Origin: Microgenomates group bacterium GW2011_GWC1_46_15
GTDB taxonomy: Bacteria > Patescibacteriota > Microgenomatia > UBA1400 > UBA12028
Length of the DNA stretch: 64,000 nt
Assembly: GCA_001002285.1 (NCBI GenBank)
Contig: LCLX01000002.1
Span: 67,827 to 131,826 of the forward strand
Reading direction: 5' to 3'
The first letter of the stretch is position 1. Each line of letters begins with the position of its first letter. The notes under the pieces are model-generated. The model worked only from the letters and a program-made list of their open reading frames with translations, did not search any database and had not been told where the DNA came from. The translations under genes and the position numbers were made by a program. Of the stretch, positions 10,536 through 21,396 are shown piece after piece.

Positions 10536-12566
10536 CTAGACTTGCGCCACACGCAAAACCTCCTCTACCGTCGTAATACCCTCGAGTGCTTTTAAGTATC
10601 CGTCCTGTTTCATTAAAATCATGCCGTCTTGGATCGCTTGTTGTTCAATGTCGCTTGCTGGCTTTCGTTCCAAAATCAGCTTACCAATTTTTTCGTTTAC
10701 GATAAGCACTTCAAAAATACCAACGCGCCCCTGATATCCGCTGTTTCCACATGCCTCGCACCCCTTGCCCTTAAATAACGTAATCACCTCTTTCTTTTTC
10801 TGTGTTTTCCATCCCGTAAACAGCGAACCCAAAACGGTTTCAATATCTTTCACCACTACGGGGTCGGGCGTGTACTCCTCTTTGCAGTTCTCACATACTT
10901 TGCGAAGCACACGCTGAGCCATAACCAACGTCATGGATGACGCAAGCAAAAAGGGCTCCGCTTCCATGTCGAGGAGACGCGGGAGTGCACCAGCGGCTGA
11001 GTTCGTGTGCAGGGTAGAGAACACCAAGTGTCCCGTGAGTGACGCCTGAATCGCCAACTCCGCCGTCTCTTTATCCCGGATTTCACCCACCATGATAATG
11101 TTCGGGTCCTGGCGCAAAAACGACCGCAAGCCCGACGCAAACGTAAGACCGGCCTGTGGGTTGATCTGCACCTGATTAATTCCCGGCATCTGGTACTCGA
11201 CCGGATCTTCCAGCGTCATAATGTTGACTTTTGGCGTGTTGATGTTGTGTAACAGCGAGTACAAGGTTGTTGTTTTTCCAGAACCCGTTGGACCGGTAAT
11301 CAACACAATGCCATGCGGGACAATCGAGGCTGCCTCCAAACCTTTTAACCCTGAGCCACGCAAACCCAATTCTTGCAATGTGGGCACGCCGCCGGTTTTT
11401 TTGAGAAGACGCATCACGATTTTTTCACCGTGCACCGTGGGTAAAGTGGAAATACGCAGATCAACTTCTTCTTTTTCAACACGGAACGTAAACCGGCCAT
11501 CCTGCGGAATGCGCTTTTCATCGATCTTTAGTCCCGAAAGAATTTTAATGCGCGAAACCACCGCATCTTGTACAGTTTTTGGCAGAATGAGCTTTTCGTG
11601 CAAAATACCGTCAATGCGGTACCGCACGCGCGTTTTATCTTCTTGCGGCTCGATATGCACGTCGGACGCACGCGCCTTAATGGCAAACGTTAAAATCGTC
11701 TCCACAATTTTGGCGATTGGCGCTTCGCGGATCACTTCACCCAAGTTTTTGGCGTCAAATGTCTTGACTTTAACCGCGTTGTCCGTTTCTGTTTCCCGCA
11801 TCGCCGCGGTGACTTCCTGCGATAACGTTTGCGCGTACCGCTCCGCGATGGACCGCTCAATATCGGAGGGCGTTGAGTAGTACGCAAGTACACGCAAGCC
11901 GGTTTTTTTCTCAAGAAAATCGATTGCGCTCAGGTCGAGTGGATTCGCAAACGCAACCGAAAGCGTGTTGCTTTGCGTGTTGATCGCAAACGGAATCATG
12001 TGGTATCGACGCGCAAGTTGTTCCTGCACGTACTCCAACGCTTCTGGAAACACCCCCACCTCTGCAAGTGCGACATACGGCACGTTGTAAAACGCCGCCT
12101 TTGCTTTCGTTAATATTTCTTCGGATACTAATTTTTTTTCTTCCAAAATTGTTTCAACCGGACGACCCGTATTGATGTGATCGAGTGAAACAGCATCGTA
12201 TTGATCTTGAGAAATGTCTTTGGCCTGCAAAAGAACATCGAGAACAGACTGTGGGGCAGTTGAGGACTGTGTAAAAATTGAAGGTTGTTTGGAACTCGAA
12301 GGTCGCGCGGAGACCGAAGGCTCTACAGAACTCGGGGACTGCACCGAAGATTGTCCAGAAGTTTTAAGTAAAACAGGGATCGAAGACGACGTGTTTTGTG
12401 ACAATTCTACGGGGACCGCTGGTTCTACAGGCGATGCGGATTCTACGGACAACGTGGGTTCCGCGGACGGCACAACAACCGGAGGTGTTTGTGCACCTAT
12501 TGGTGGGTTTTGTGGGATAGACGAAACCGTCTGTTGCTGTCGGGCAGGCTCCATACTAAGATTCAT
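10536..12566 (-). CDS. pilB: Assembly ATPase PilB with P/S-rich N-terminal extension
   Basis: ASDVHIEP, GPTGSGKTTT, LRQDPN, CxxC...CxxC. Confidence 0.96.
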   Translation of the reverse strand: MNLSMEPARQQQTVSSIPQNPPIGAQTPPVVVPSAEPTLSVESASPVEPAVPVELSQNTSSSIPVLLKTSGQSSVQSPSSVEPSVSARPSSSKQPSIFTQSSTAPQSVLDVLLQAKDISQDQYDAVSLDHINTGRPVETILEEKKLVSEEILTKAKAAFYNVPYVALAEVGVFPEALEYVQEQLARRYHMIPFAINTQSNTLSVAFANPLDLSAIDFLEKKTGLRVLAYYSTPSDIERSIAERYAQTLSQEVTAAMRETETDNAVKVKTFDAKNLGEVIREAPIAKIVETILTFAIKARASDVHIEPQEDKTRVRYRIDGILHEKLILPKTVQDAVVSRIKILSGLKIDEKRIPQDGRFTFRVEKEEVDLRISTLPTVHGEKIVMRLLKKTGGVPTLQELGLRGSGLKGLEAASIVPHGIVLITGPTGSGKTTTLYSLLHNINTPKVNIMTLEDPVEYQMPGINQVQINPQAGLTFASGLRSFLRQDPNIIMVGEIRDKETAELAIQASLTGHLVFSTLHTNSAAGALPRLLDMEAEPFLLASSMTLVMAQRVLRKVCENCKEEYTPDPVVVKDIETVLGSLFTGWKTQKKKEVITLFKGKGCEACGNSGYQGRVGIFEVLIVNEKIGKLILERKPASDIEQQAIQDGMILMKQDGYLKALEGITTVEEVLRVAQV

Positions 12567-12621
12567 AGTAGCACAAAACCGCGAATGCTTGCCCCGTAAT
12601 TCTCGATATGCAGAACACTAT

Positions 12622-13317
12622 ATGAACGACCAACCGCTTCTTCTCATTCTGCCAACACTGCCCGACACCACTCTTGATGCTGAAACATCAGCCAAAGTTT
12701 TGAGTGAAATTTTTGCGCCATACATTCCTTTCCGCCCACTCGATGCACATCCCGATGTGCTGTGGTATGGAAAAGACGAGCCGCTTGGTATCGCCGGAGT
12801 CCGCCAATCGATTGGTGACATGCAGAAAAAACCATTCCAGGAACATGAAAAATATGCCGTGTTTCTCCATGCCGACTCGCTTAAACATGAGGCTCAAAAT
12901 GCATTGTTGAAAACGTTGGAGGAGCCACCGGCGCATACGCGCATTATTCTTGTCGCGGAACAGGAGTTTAGCTTGCTTCCAACGATCCGGTCACGATGTT
13001 TGATTGTGCGACCCAACATACACGATGGAGTGGGGGAAACTAAAACATCGCCGCATACAGAAACTTCTTTGCCAAAAACTATTTCTGAGTCTATTCACCA
13101 CGCAGAACTGCTAAAGGACCGCGCCGAAGCCGTCATATTTTGCACAACACTTCTGCATAAAGAAAAGGTTGAACTTGAAAAAACCTCGCATTCAAACCGC
13201 GTACGGCGTGTTCAAAAACTAGCTGCTGTTCTGCGCGATCTTAAGCGCAATATCAACGTACGGCTGGCAATGGAATCACTATTCTTCACACTTGCAAAAC
13301 CCGAATATTTCGTTTAG
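12622..13317 (+). CDS. holB: DNA polymerase III delta-prime-like subunit (trimmed)
   Basis: Start moved to MNDQPLLL; HPD, AQNALLKTLEEPP and LLPTIRSRC motifs. Confidence 0.8.
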   Translation: MNDQPLLLILPTLPDTTLDAETSAKVLSEIFAPYIPFRPLDAHPDVLWYGKDEPLGIAGVRQSIGDMQKKPFQEHEKYAVFLHADSLKHEAQNALLKTLEEPPAHTRIILVAEQEFSLLPTIRSRCLIVRPNIHDGVGETKTSPHTETSLPKTISESIHHAELLKDRAEAVIFCTTLLHKEKVELEKTSHSNRVRRVQKLAAVLRDLKRNINVRLAMESLFFTLAKPEYFV

Positions 13318-13381
13318 AGTGTATCAATCCCGAGGCCAAAACGCCGATTTCTCGGCATTACACGGACTCGTTTACACACGT

Positions 13382-16300
13382 ATGTCATCAAACTCTGTCA
13401 CACAAGCTAAAAAAGATTACTCCGCGAGCGATATCCGTGTACTCGAGGGGCTCGAGCCGGTCCGCAAGCGCCCGGGCATGTACATTGGCTCTACTGACAC
13501 GCACGGCCTTCACCATCTCGTCAAAGAAATTATGGACAACGCGGTGGATGAAGCGATTGCCGGTTTTGCAAAACAAGTGCATGTGTATTTGATGAAAGAC
13601 GGACACATTACGGTGACCGATGATGGCCGTGGTATTCCTGTTGAAAAACATCCGTCCGGCGTTTCCGCGCTTGAGGTTGTGATGACAAAACTGCACGCTG
13701 GCGGCAAGTTTGATGAGAAAGCCTACAAAGCGTCCGGAGGGTTGCACGGCGTTGGCGCGTCAGCGGTAAATGCGTTATCTAAACAGTTGCGTGTCGTTAT
13801 CAAGCGCGTAGGGAAGTACTACTTTCAGGAATATAGCATAGGTATACCAAAAGCATCCGTAAAGGAAATAAGTGAATCAAAAGTAAAAGAACTATTTCCT
13901 TTACAGTCAAAGTACTTCGTAACATATAAAAGTGGTACATTGGTAGACTTCATTCCGGACAATACGATCTTTTCGACAACAAAGTTCGATGCAGAAATAA
14001 TCGAGGACCTTATCCGCGACCGCGCGTATCTCATGGCCGGGTTGTACTTCCGGTTTATGAACGAAGAGTCCGGTACCGAACGGCATTACTACTTCGAAAG
14101 CGGGATTCGATCTTTGGTTGCACATTTAAATAATGCGAAAAAACCCCTTCATTCCGTCATTTATGTTGAAGGAACGTACGAATCGGAAAAATACCCAATC
14201 GGTGTTGAAGTAGCGCTTCAGTACAACGACACATATGCCGAGAACATCCACTGTTACGCCAACGTCATTTACACCCCGGACGGCGGTACACACTTGACCG
14301 GCTTCCGGATGGCGTTGAATAAGTCGCTCAAAGACTACGCGACAAAAAATGGGTTGATTAAAGAGGAAAAAGATAGTTTCACGTCCGAAGACCTTCGCGA
14401 AGGCTTGACCGCGGTTGTGTTTGTAAAAATGTCGACCAATGAAATTCAGTTTGAGTCACAAACCAAGGCAAAGTTGAACAACGCCGAAGCACAGTCCGCG
14501 GTGTATCAAATTGTGAAAGATAAATTAGACATGTATCTTGAGGAACATCCGCGTGAAGCACGGACGCTGCTCGAAAAAGTATTGTTGGCGGCACGGGCAC
14601 GGTTAGCGGCGCGTGCGGCAAAAGACGCGGTTATCCGTAAAGGCGCGTTGGAGGGCTCGACGTTACCGGGTAAGTTGGCAGACTGCCAAGAAAATGATCC
14701 TGCAAAATCAGAAATTTTCATTGTGGAAGGAGATTCCGCCGGCGGATGTTGGGGGGGAGAAACGAAAATTGCATTGACTGATAGCAGAAATTTATCTTTT
14801 ATCGAACTCATAAAAGAGGAACATGACGGAAAAAAGAATTTTTGTTATACCATGCAAAATAATGGACACATTGGAATAACACCAATCATTCATGCCCGAT
14901 TAACAAAGAAAAAAGCAAAAGTGATTAAAATCATTTTAGACAACAATGAAGAATTGATGTGCACACCCGACCATCCTTTTAGACTTGTTGATGGAACATA
15001 TGTTGCCGCTGAAAAGCTTACACCAGAACACAATCTAGCCCCTCTTTATAGAAAACTCTCATCTAAAAACAAAAACAAAAGCGGACTCGATGGGTACGAA
15101 ATGGTTCTGGATCCAAAAGAAAAGCGATGGATGTATACACACGTCTTGTCAGATATATACAATCTCTCAAACGACATATATGGCTGTTCGTCTGGAAAAC
15201 ACAGACACCACGTTGATTTTAATAAACTCAACAATAATCCAACAAACATTCAAAGAGTGTCGTACGATACGCACATGAAAATTCATTATCATCACCTGTC
15301 AAAAACATTACATCGTCCAGATGTGAAAATAAAATCCGCAGAAGCAAAGAGAACAGATGTGTTTAGGTATAAAGCACGTCAAAAAAGCTTAGAAAAAAGA
15401 GAACTTTTTAGTCGCAATGCTAAAAAACAATGGCAGAGTTCGGCATACAAAGAGTTTATGAAACGCGCATACCTTCACTTCTATGAAAATGATACGTATT
15501 ACCGAGAAAAAACTCTTGATCGGCTCAACAATGCACAAAAAGTTTATTGGTCTGTTGAACAAAATCGAGCAAAGCAATCCGAGCGTGTAAAACAGTTTTT
15601 CTTTGAAAACCAAGATCAGAGGAATGAACTTTCCGAGCAGGCAATCGAACAATGGAAAAATCCTGAATTGCGGCAATGGCGCGCAGAAAAAACAAGTCAT
15701 CAATGGACACAAGAGTTCCGAACAAAAAGAAAGCTTGCATATAACAAAGCATATTACATGCATTCCTTGCAATTCTTCAAACGTATTCTTGAAGAAGGTG
15801 GATCGTTGGCCGAGTATGAAGAAAAAAGAGTGTCTGAGCGGCAAACGAATGTATTATCAGTAGATACGTTGATTGATCGTTTTTTTGAGGGTGATACACA
15901 TCGTTTTATTGAAACCGCGCTTCACTACAATCATAAAATAATCCGTATTGAAAAAGTACTTGAAAAAATGGATGTCTATGACCTTGAAGTTCCCGAAACG
16001 CATAACTTTGCGCTTGCGGCTGGTATATTTGTCCACAACAGTGCCAAACAAGGCCGTGACCGTCGTTTCCAGGCTATTTTCCCGCTGCGCGGAAAAATTT
16101 TGAATACCGAACGTGCCCGCCTTGACAAAATTATTGATTTTGAAGAACTCAAAAATCTCATTATTGCGCTAGGAACCGGCATTGGTGACACGTTTGACGA
16201 GAAAAAGCTCCGGTATCACCGCGTCGTTCTCATGAACGATGCCGACGTTGATGGTGAGCATATTACTACCCTCGCGCTTACGTTCTTTTTCCGCCATCTT

Positions 16301-16660
16301 CCTGATGTGGTCAAGAACGGGTATCTGTATATTGCCTTGCCGCCGCTCTTCAAAGTGTGGACCAAAAAAGACACGTCATATGTGTACTCCGAACAGGAGC
16401 GCGATGATATGATTGCCAAGTTCAAAAAAGATGACACACGTGCGGTTGTCAATGTTCAGCGGTACAAAGGTCTTGGAGAAATGAACCCTGAACAGCTCTG
16501 GGAAACTACGATGAATCCCAAAACGCGCATATTAAAAAAAGTTACTGTTGAGGATGTTGAAAAAGCGGATGTGGTGTTTACTACGCTGATGGGGGAGGAT
16601 GTTCCGCCACGCAAAAAGTTTATTCAAAGCAGAGCAAAGTTAGCAAACCTAGATATCTAG
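13382..16660 (+). CDS. gyrB: DNA gyrase subunit B containing an intein
   Basis: LEGLEPVRKRPGMYIG, EGDSAGG|intein|SAKQGR, DADVDG, QRYKGLGEMN. Confidence 0.97.
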   Translation: MSSNSVTQAKKDYSASDIRVLEGLEPVRKRPGMYIGSTDTHGLHHLVKEIMDNAVDEAIAGFAKQVHVYLMKDGHITVTDDGRGIPVEKHPSGVSALEVVMTKLHAGGKFDEKAYKASGGLHGVGASAVNALSKQLRVVIKRVGKYYFQEYSIGIPKASVKEISESKVKELFPLQSKYFVTYKSGTLVDFIPDNTIFSTTKFDAEIIEDLIRDRAYLMAGLYFRFMNEESGTERHYYFESGIRSLVAHLNNAKKPLHSVIYVEGTYESEKYPIGVEVALQYNDTYAENIHCYANVIYTPDGGTHLTGFRMALNKSLKDYATKNGLIKEEKDSFTSEDLREGLTAVVFVKMSTNEIQFESQTKAKLNNAEAQSAVYQIVKDKLDMYLEEHPREARTLLEKVLLAARARLAARAAKDAVIRKGALEGSTLPGKLADCQENDPAKSEIFIVEGDSAGGCWGGETKIALTDSRNLSFIELIKEEHDGKKNFCYTMQNNGHIGITPIIHARLTKKKAKVIKIILDNNEELMCTPDHPFRLVDGTYVAAEKLTPEHNLAPLYRKLSSKNKNKSGLDGYEMVLDPKEKRWMYTHVLSDIYNLSNDIYGCSSGKHRHHVDFNKLNNNPTNIQRVSYDTHMKIHYHHLSKTLHRPDVKIKSAEAKRTDVFRYKARQKSLEKRELFSRNAKKQWQSSAYKEFMKRAYLHFYENDTYYREKTLDRLNNAQKVYWSVEQNRAKQSERVKQFFFENQDQRNELSEQAIEQWKNPELRQWRAEKTSHQWTQEFRTKRKLAYNKAYYMHSLQFFKRILEEGGSLAEYEEKRVSERQTNVLSVDTLIDRFFEGDTHRFIETALHYNHKIIRIEKVLEKMDVYDLEVPETHNFALAAGIFVHNSAKQGRDRRFQAIFPLRGKILNTERARLDKIIDFEELKNLIIALGTGIGDTFDEKKLRYHRVVLMNDADVDGEHITTLALTFFFRHLPDVVKNGYLYIALPPLFKVWTKKDTSYVYSEQERDDMIAKFKKDDTRAVVNVQRYKGLGEMNPEQLWETTMNPKTRILKKVTVEDVEKADVVFTTLMGEDVPPRKKFIQSRAKLANLDI
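14747..16039 (+). mobile_element. GyrB intein (431 aa) with HNH homing endonuclease
   Basis: Starts CWGGET after EGDSAGG; block B TPDHPF; HRHHVDFNKLNNNPTNI HNH motif; ends FVHN before Ser; visibly more AT-rich than the exteins. Confidence 0.95.
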
Positions 16661-16675
16661 GACAAAGGAGGTGTC

Positions 16676-17305
16676 ATGTCGTTCGATCTTAAAAAACTCG
16701 TGTTTTACATCGAGATTCCCGCGGGAAGTTCGGTGAAGTATGAGGTGGACGAAGAAACTGGCATACTTATGGCCGACCGCTTCCTGCATACACAGATGAC
16801 ATATCCCACGAACTACGGATACATCATGGGAACCAAAGGTAAAGATGGCGATCCTGTTGACGTGCTTGTGCTTTCCAGCCAGGGCATTGTTCCAGGCGTT
16901 GGCATCAAGGGTCACATCATCGGTATGTTGGAAATGGAAGACGAAGGGGGTATTGATACAAAAGTGCTCGCTGTGCCAGATAAAAAAGTTGATCCGTTGT
17001 ATGGAACTTGGGAGTCCATTGATGATGTTCCACAACACATCAAAGATCTCATCAAGCATTTCTTCGATCACTACAAAGAGTTGGAGCCGGGAAAGTTTGT
17101 GAAGACGCACGACTTTAAAGGCCGCGCTGCCGCGGAAAAAGAAGTTGAGGAGTCATATGTTGGAGAAGAGGAGTGCGAGTGTTGCTGTGGCGGAGGTGGT
17201 GACGAGTGCTGCGGAGAATGTGGTGACGAGTGCGAGGAATGCAAAGACCACGCTGACCACAAGAGTGGGGAAGTGAAGAAGGAGAAAAAGGGAAAGAAGA
17301 AGTAG
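16676..17305 (+). CDS. ppa: Family I inorganic pyrophosphatase with Cys/acidic C-terminal tail
   Basis: IEIP, KYEVD, YPTNYG, DGDPVD, FFDHYKELE. Confidence 0.93.
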   Translation: MSFDLKKLVFYIEIPAGSSVKYEVDEETGILMADRFLHTQMTYPTNYGYIMGTKGKDGDPVDVLVLSSQGIVPGVGIKGHIIGMLEMEDEGGIDTKVLAVPDKKVDPLYGTWESIDDVPQHIKDLIKHFFDHYKELEPGKFVKTHDFKGRAAAEKEVEESYVGEEECECCCGGGGDECCGECGDECEECKDHADHKSGEVKKEKKGKKK

Positions 17306-17375
17306 GAGAAATATGGCAGGACTTATCATAGACACTGAACGAAATAGAAAAGTTGTAACTGTCTAAAACTCTACT

Positions 17376-20024
17376 ATGTCCGACAACACACAAACACCAC
17401 CAGCAGATCAAACCCGCCCGGAACAGCCTGTGCATGAGCACGTGCAAACCGAGTTTGGGACCATGCGCCTGACTCCTATCATCCAGGAGATGGAGAAGTC
17501 TTACCTTGATTACGCGATGAGTGTGATCGTGGCCCGTGCCTTGCCGGACGTGCGTGATGGACTAAAGCCGGTCCACCGCCGCATTCTGTTTGCGATGCGC
17601 GAGATGGGCATTCACTGGAACTCATCGTACAAAAAGTCTGCAAGAATTGTCGGAGAAGTCTTGGGTAAGTACCACCCGCACGGGGACACCGCGGTGTATG
17701 ACGCGCTTGTTCGTCTGGCGCAGGACTTTAGCATGCGGTATCAATTGATTGATGGGCAGGGAAACTTTGGGTCTGTTGATGGCGACACCGCGGCAGCCAT
17801 GCGGTATACCGAAGCCCGTCTTTCGAAAATCAGCGAGGAACTGCTCACAGATATTGATAAAAACACCGTCGGCTTTATTGATAACTTCGACGGCTCTCAA
17901 CAGGAACCAACCGTTCTTCCCGCGAAATATCCAAACTTGCTCCTCATGGGTGCTGAGGGTATCGCGGTCGGTATGGCCACCAAGATTCCAACGCACAATA
18001 TGCGCGAGGTTTCGGATGCCGTACTCAAACTTATTCAACTTGGAAAAACCGAGGCCGTACTCAAAACAAAAGAAACTAAAGACCTTGACCTCCAAACCGC
18101 CGAACCCAAATTGTTGGCAGGCATGTTTCAGTCCGAAGCAACAATTGATGATCTCATGGAACATATTCAAGGTCCGGACTTCCCAACTGGCGGAATTATT
18201 TATGACTGGGCAGCGATTAAAGAGGGATACGCCACAGGAAAAGGAAAAGTCGTGATCCGCGCCGTTGCAGCGATCGAAGAAACCAAGAGTGGAAAGTTCC
18301 AGATCATCGTCACTCAATTACCGTATCAGGTAAATAAGGCAAAGTTGGTTGCCAAAATTGCACAGCTTGTGCGCGACAAAAAGATTATTGGCATCAGCGA
18401 TCTGCGCGATGAGTCCGACCGCGAAGGTTTGCGTGTGGTGATCGAACTCAAAAAAGATTCCAAACCAAAAGCAGTCCTCAACAACCTCTACAAACACACT
18501 GAACTGCAGACCAGCTTCCCGATGAACATGGTTGCGCTCAATGCCGAGGGCACGCCCCAACTCATGAATATTAAAACCATTTTGTTGGAGTACGTGCGGC
18601 ACCGCCAACTCGTGGTAATCCGTCGCAGCCAGTTTGAACTCAAAGCCGCCCGTGCCCGCGCACACATTTTGGAAGGTCTATTGATCGCGCTCAAACACCT
18701 CGACGATGTGATTGAAACAATCCGCAAGTCACCGGATAGTGATACCGCAAAAACCCGCCTCATGGAGAAGTTCAAGCTCTCGGAAGTCCAAGCTACCGCG
18801 ATCCTCGATATGCAACTACGCCGCCTTGCCGCACTTGAGCGCCAGAAGATCGAAGACGAATACAAGCAGATTCAGGCAGTTGTTCAAGAACTCCTCACGC
18901 TTCTTGCCAGCCCCGCAAAACTTTTGCAAGTCATTATCAAAGAAACAAAAGAGATGGCCCAACTGTATGGCGACGACCGCAAGACAAAACTGCACAAGGG
19001 GAAAATCGGCGAGTTCAGCGAGGAAGACTTGATCGCCAACGAGTCCATGATTATCACCATTACTGAAAGTGGCTATGTGAAGCGCATGAGTCCCACAATG
19101 TACCGTTCCCAGCACCGCGGTGGCGTGGGTGTAACCGGCATGACCACAAAAGAAGAAGACACCATTCGAAATATTTTGACGGCAAACACGCATGACGCCA
19201 TGCTTCTCTTTACCAACAAGGGACGGGTATTCAAAATGAAAGTCCATGAACTACCGGAAAGTAGTCGGCAGGCTAAGGGAACAAACATCGTCAACCTCGT
19301 CAACTTAACGCAGGAAGAACGCGTCCAATCAATCATTACCGTTGATGAGAAAAACACAACAAGTGGATATATCGCGCTTGCAACAAAAAATGGATTGGTT
19401 AAAAAGACAAAATTGACCGATTACCAGAATATCCGCACGAACGGTATCATCGCGATTATCTTGAAAGACGGCGATGAGTTGGTCTGGGGAAAGTACACGA
19501 CCGGGACCAACCACATCATGCTGATTACGCACTTCGGCAAGTCCATCCGCTTTACCGAAAAAGAAATCAAGTCAACCGCCCGCGATACCCAAGGCGTGCG
19601 CGCGATTACACTGCAAAAGGGCGATTACGTTGTCGGTGTTGAAGCATTCCCGCCGGAAGTCCAGACGGCAGAAGACAAACGCAAGAAAAACTTTGCACAA
19701 CTATTGCTCGTGACCGACCGCGGAATGGGAAAACGCACCGAGTTCACCGAGTATCCCGTGCAGAAACGCGCGGGGCAGGGCGTGAAAGTCGCCGAGCTCA
19801 CGCCAAAGACCGGTAACGTCGCTGGCGCACTCATGGTGGACCAGACCATTGATGAGATCGTTTTGACAACTAAGTCGGCGCAGGTGATTAAACTTCCACT
19901 CAAGAACATTCCCGTGCTCAAACGGCCAACCCAAGGTGTGATTTTGATGAGGCTGACTTCAAAAGAGGACCAGGTAGTCGCAGTTGCGACAACGAAGAAA
20001 ACGGGCGCAATAGAAGAAGAATAA
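17376..20024 (+). CDS. gyrA: DNA gyrase subunit A
   Basis: [31 protein letters not shown]; GyrA-box variant QHRGGVG; CTD repeats. Confidence 0.97.
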   Translation: MSDNTQTPPADQTRPEQPVHEHVQTEFGTMRLTPIIQEMEKSYLDYAMSVIVARALPDVRDGLKPVHRRILFAMREMGIHWNSSYKKSARIVGEVLGKYHPHGDTAVYDALVRLAQDFSMRYQLIDGQGNFGSVDGDTAAAMRYTEARLSKISEELLTDIDKNTVGFIDNFDGSQQEPTVLPAKYPNLLLMGAEGIAVGMATKIPTHNMREVSDAVLKLIQLGKTEAVLKTKETKDLDLQTAEPKLLAGMFQSEATIDDLMEHIQGPDFPTGGIIYDWAAIKEGYATGKGKVVIRAVAAIEETKSGKFQIIVTQLPYQVNKAKLVAKIAQLVRDKKIIGISDLRDESDREGLRVVIELKKDSKPKAVLNNLYKHTELQTSFPMNMVALNAEGTPQLMNIKTILLEYVRHRQLVVIRRSQFELKAARARAHILEGLLIALKHLDDVIETIRKSPDSDTAKTRLMEKFKLSEVQATAILDMQLRRLAALERQKIEDEYKQIQAVVQELLTLLASPAKLLQVIIKETKEMAQLYGDDRKTKLHKGKIGEFSEEDLIANESMIITITESGYVKRMSPTMYRSQHRGGVGVTGMTTKEEDTIRNILTANTHDAMLLFTNKGRVFKMKVHELPESSRQAKGTNIVNLVNLTQEERVQSIITVDEKNTTSGYIALATKNGLVKKTKLTDYQNIRTNGIIAIILKDGDELVWGKYTTGTNHIMLITHFGKSIRFTEKEIKSTARDTQGVRAITLQKGDYVVGVEAFPPEVQTAEDKRKKNFAQLLLVTDRGMGKRTEFTEYPVQKRAGQGVKVAELTPKTGNVAGALMVDQTIDEIVLTTKSAQVIKLPLKNIPVLKRPTQGVILMRLTSKEDQVVAVATTKKTGAIEEE

Positions 20025-20111
20025 ATTGGTTTTTTGTTGATATTTCAAGCGTTTAGTGGTATAGTTTCTCCTTAATAAAAGAATAACTCGCCTGCACAAA
20101 AGAGGAGGAGT

Positions 20112-20570
20112 ATGCTGACAATTGATAATCCCAGACAAACGAGCATCGCAGAACAAGCAACGCGCAAAGAACAACTTCTCGATACAATTGAACGGAAAAT
20201 GGAGAGAATTGGAAAAACACCCCGCCACCTTTTACATCCAAAATTTGCACTTTACTATGGGGGGATATTAAACAAATATCTAAACCCCGTGAGGGAATTC
20301 ATTACGAATAGTATTCCTCAGGACTTGCAACCATTATTTAGAAACTCGATACCGCGAGAAAATGATGTCTACAGATACGTCTTGGAGCAATGGTTACGCC
20401 CAATTATTACATCTTCAGCTGAACGGCAAAGCATACTTACACGTCTCAATGTGTTGGAAGAAGGTTTGGGTAATGATATTCTCGCATATCTTGATTTGTT
20501 TAATTTTGATGACAAAGAAGATGCTTTAAAGCGGCTTTGCGCATCAATGGCAAACTATGCCTGTTCTTAA
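20112..20570 (+). CDS. Hypothetical protein
   Basis: 152-aa AT-rich ORF with strong SD (GAGGAGG). Confidence 0.6.
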   Translation: MLTIDNPRQTSIAEQATRKEQLLDTIERKMERIGKTPRHLLHPKFALYYGGILNKYLNPVREFITNSIPQDLQPLFRNSIPRENDVYRYVLEQWLRPIITSSAERQSILTRLNVLEEGLGNDILAYLDLFNFDDKEDALKRLCASMANYACS

Positions 20571-20616
20571 TTGTCTATCCATTATTTTTCCGCTATGATG
20601 ATTCTCGGAGGTCATC

Positions 20617-21390
20617 ATGCAACCGACAAAATCTCTCTTCTTCACCGGTGTTTTGCTTCTTTTTGGTATCTTTCTCGCCTTCACTGGCCTCGTTCTTCTT
20701 TCCCGCATCATTGGCCCTTTGCCGTTTGCGATCACACAAACAACTACAACCAAACAATCTACGTTTGATGTTTCTGGCGAGGGAAAAGTGACGACAGCTC
20801 CAGATAAAGGCGTTATGTCACTTGGTGTGACAGTAAACGAAAGCACTGTGAAGCAGGCGCAGGATAAAGCCAACACTATTATCAACGCTGTCACCGCGGC
20901 GCTTGGTAAACTCGGCATCGAGAAAAAGGACATTCAAACAGATAACTACTCACTGTATCCCAACTATGATTACCAAGCTGGCGGACAAAAAATTACTGGA
21001 TACCAAGTGAACGCAACATTAACGGTCAGCGTCACAGACTTTGCAAAACTGAATCAGGCGATTGATGCCGCAACGCAAGCCGGCGCAAATCAGGTTGGCG
21101 GTGTATCGTTCACGCTTACCGATGACAAGAAAAAAGATGTTGAAGATCAGGCACGCAAACTTGCGATTGATCATGCGAAAGAAAAAGCAGGGTCACTCGC
21201 CAAACTTGCGGGTATGCGGCTTGGGAGAATTGTGAACGTCGTGGAACAACCGGCAAGTCGCCCCTATCCCGTTCTGCTTAAGTCGGCTGGAGGAGGTCTT
21301 GGCGGTGGACCAGAATCAAAGACAACAAACATCGAGCCAGGCTCAACAACGTATCAATACACCGTTACGCTCAGTTACGAAACGTTCTAA
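20617..21390 (+). CDS. SIMPL/DUF541 family exported protein
   Basis: VSGEGKVTTAPD, IQTDNYSLYPNY, GANQVGGVSF. Confidence 0.9.
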   Translation: MQPTKSLFFTGVLLLFGIFLAFTGLVLLSRIIGPLPFAITQTTTTKQSTFDVSGEGKVTTAPDKGVMSLGVTVNESTVKQAQDKANTIINAVTAALGKLGIEKKDIQTDNYSLYPNYDYQAGGQKITGYQVNATLTVSVTDFAKLNQAIDAATQAGANQVGGVSFTLTDDKKKDVEDQARKLAIDHAKEKAGSLAKLAGMRLGRIVNVVEQPASRPYPVLLKSAGGGLGGGPESKTTNIEPGSTTYQYTVTLSYETF

Positions 21391-21396
21391 ACCAGT

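Noticed and set aside
12214-12621. N-terminal 136 aa of the 367-aa ORF
   Set aside because: Antisense shadow of the pilB 5' end; HolB-like motifs begin only after ATG 12622.
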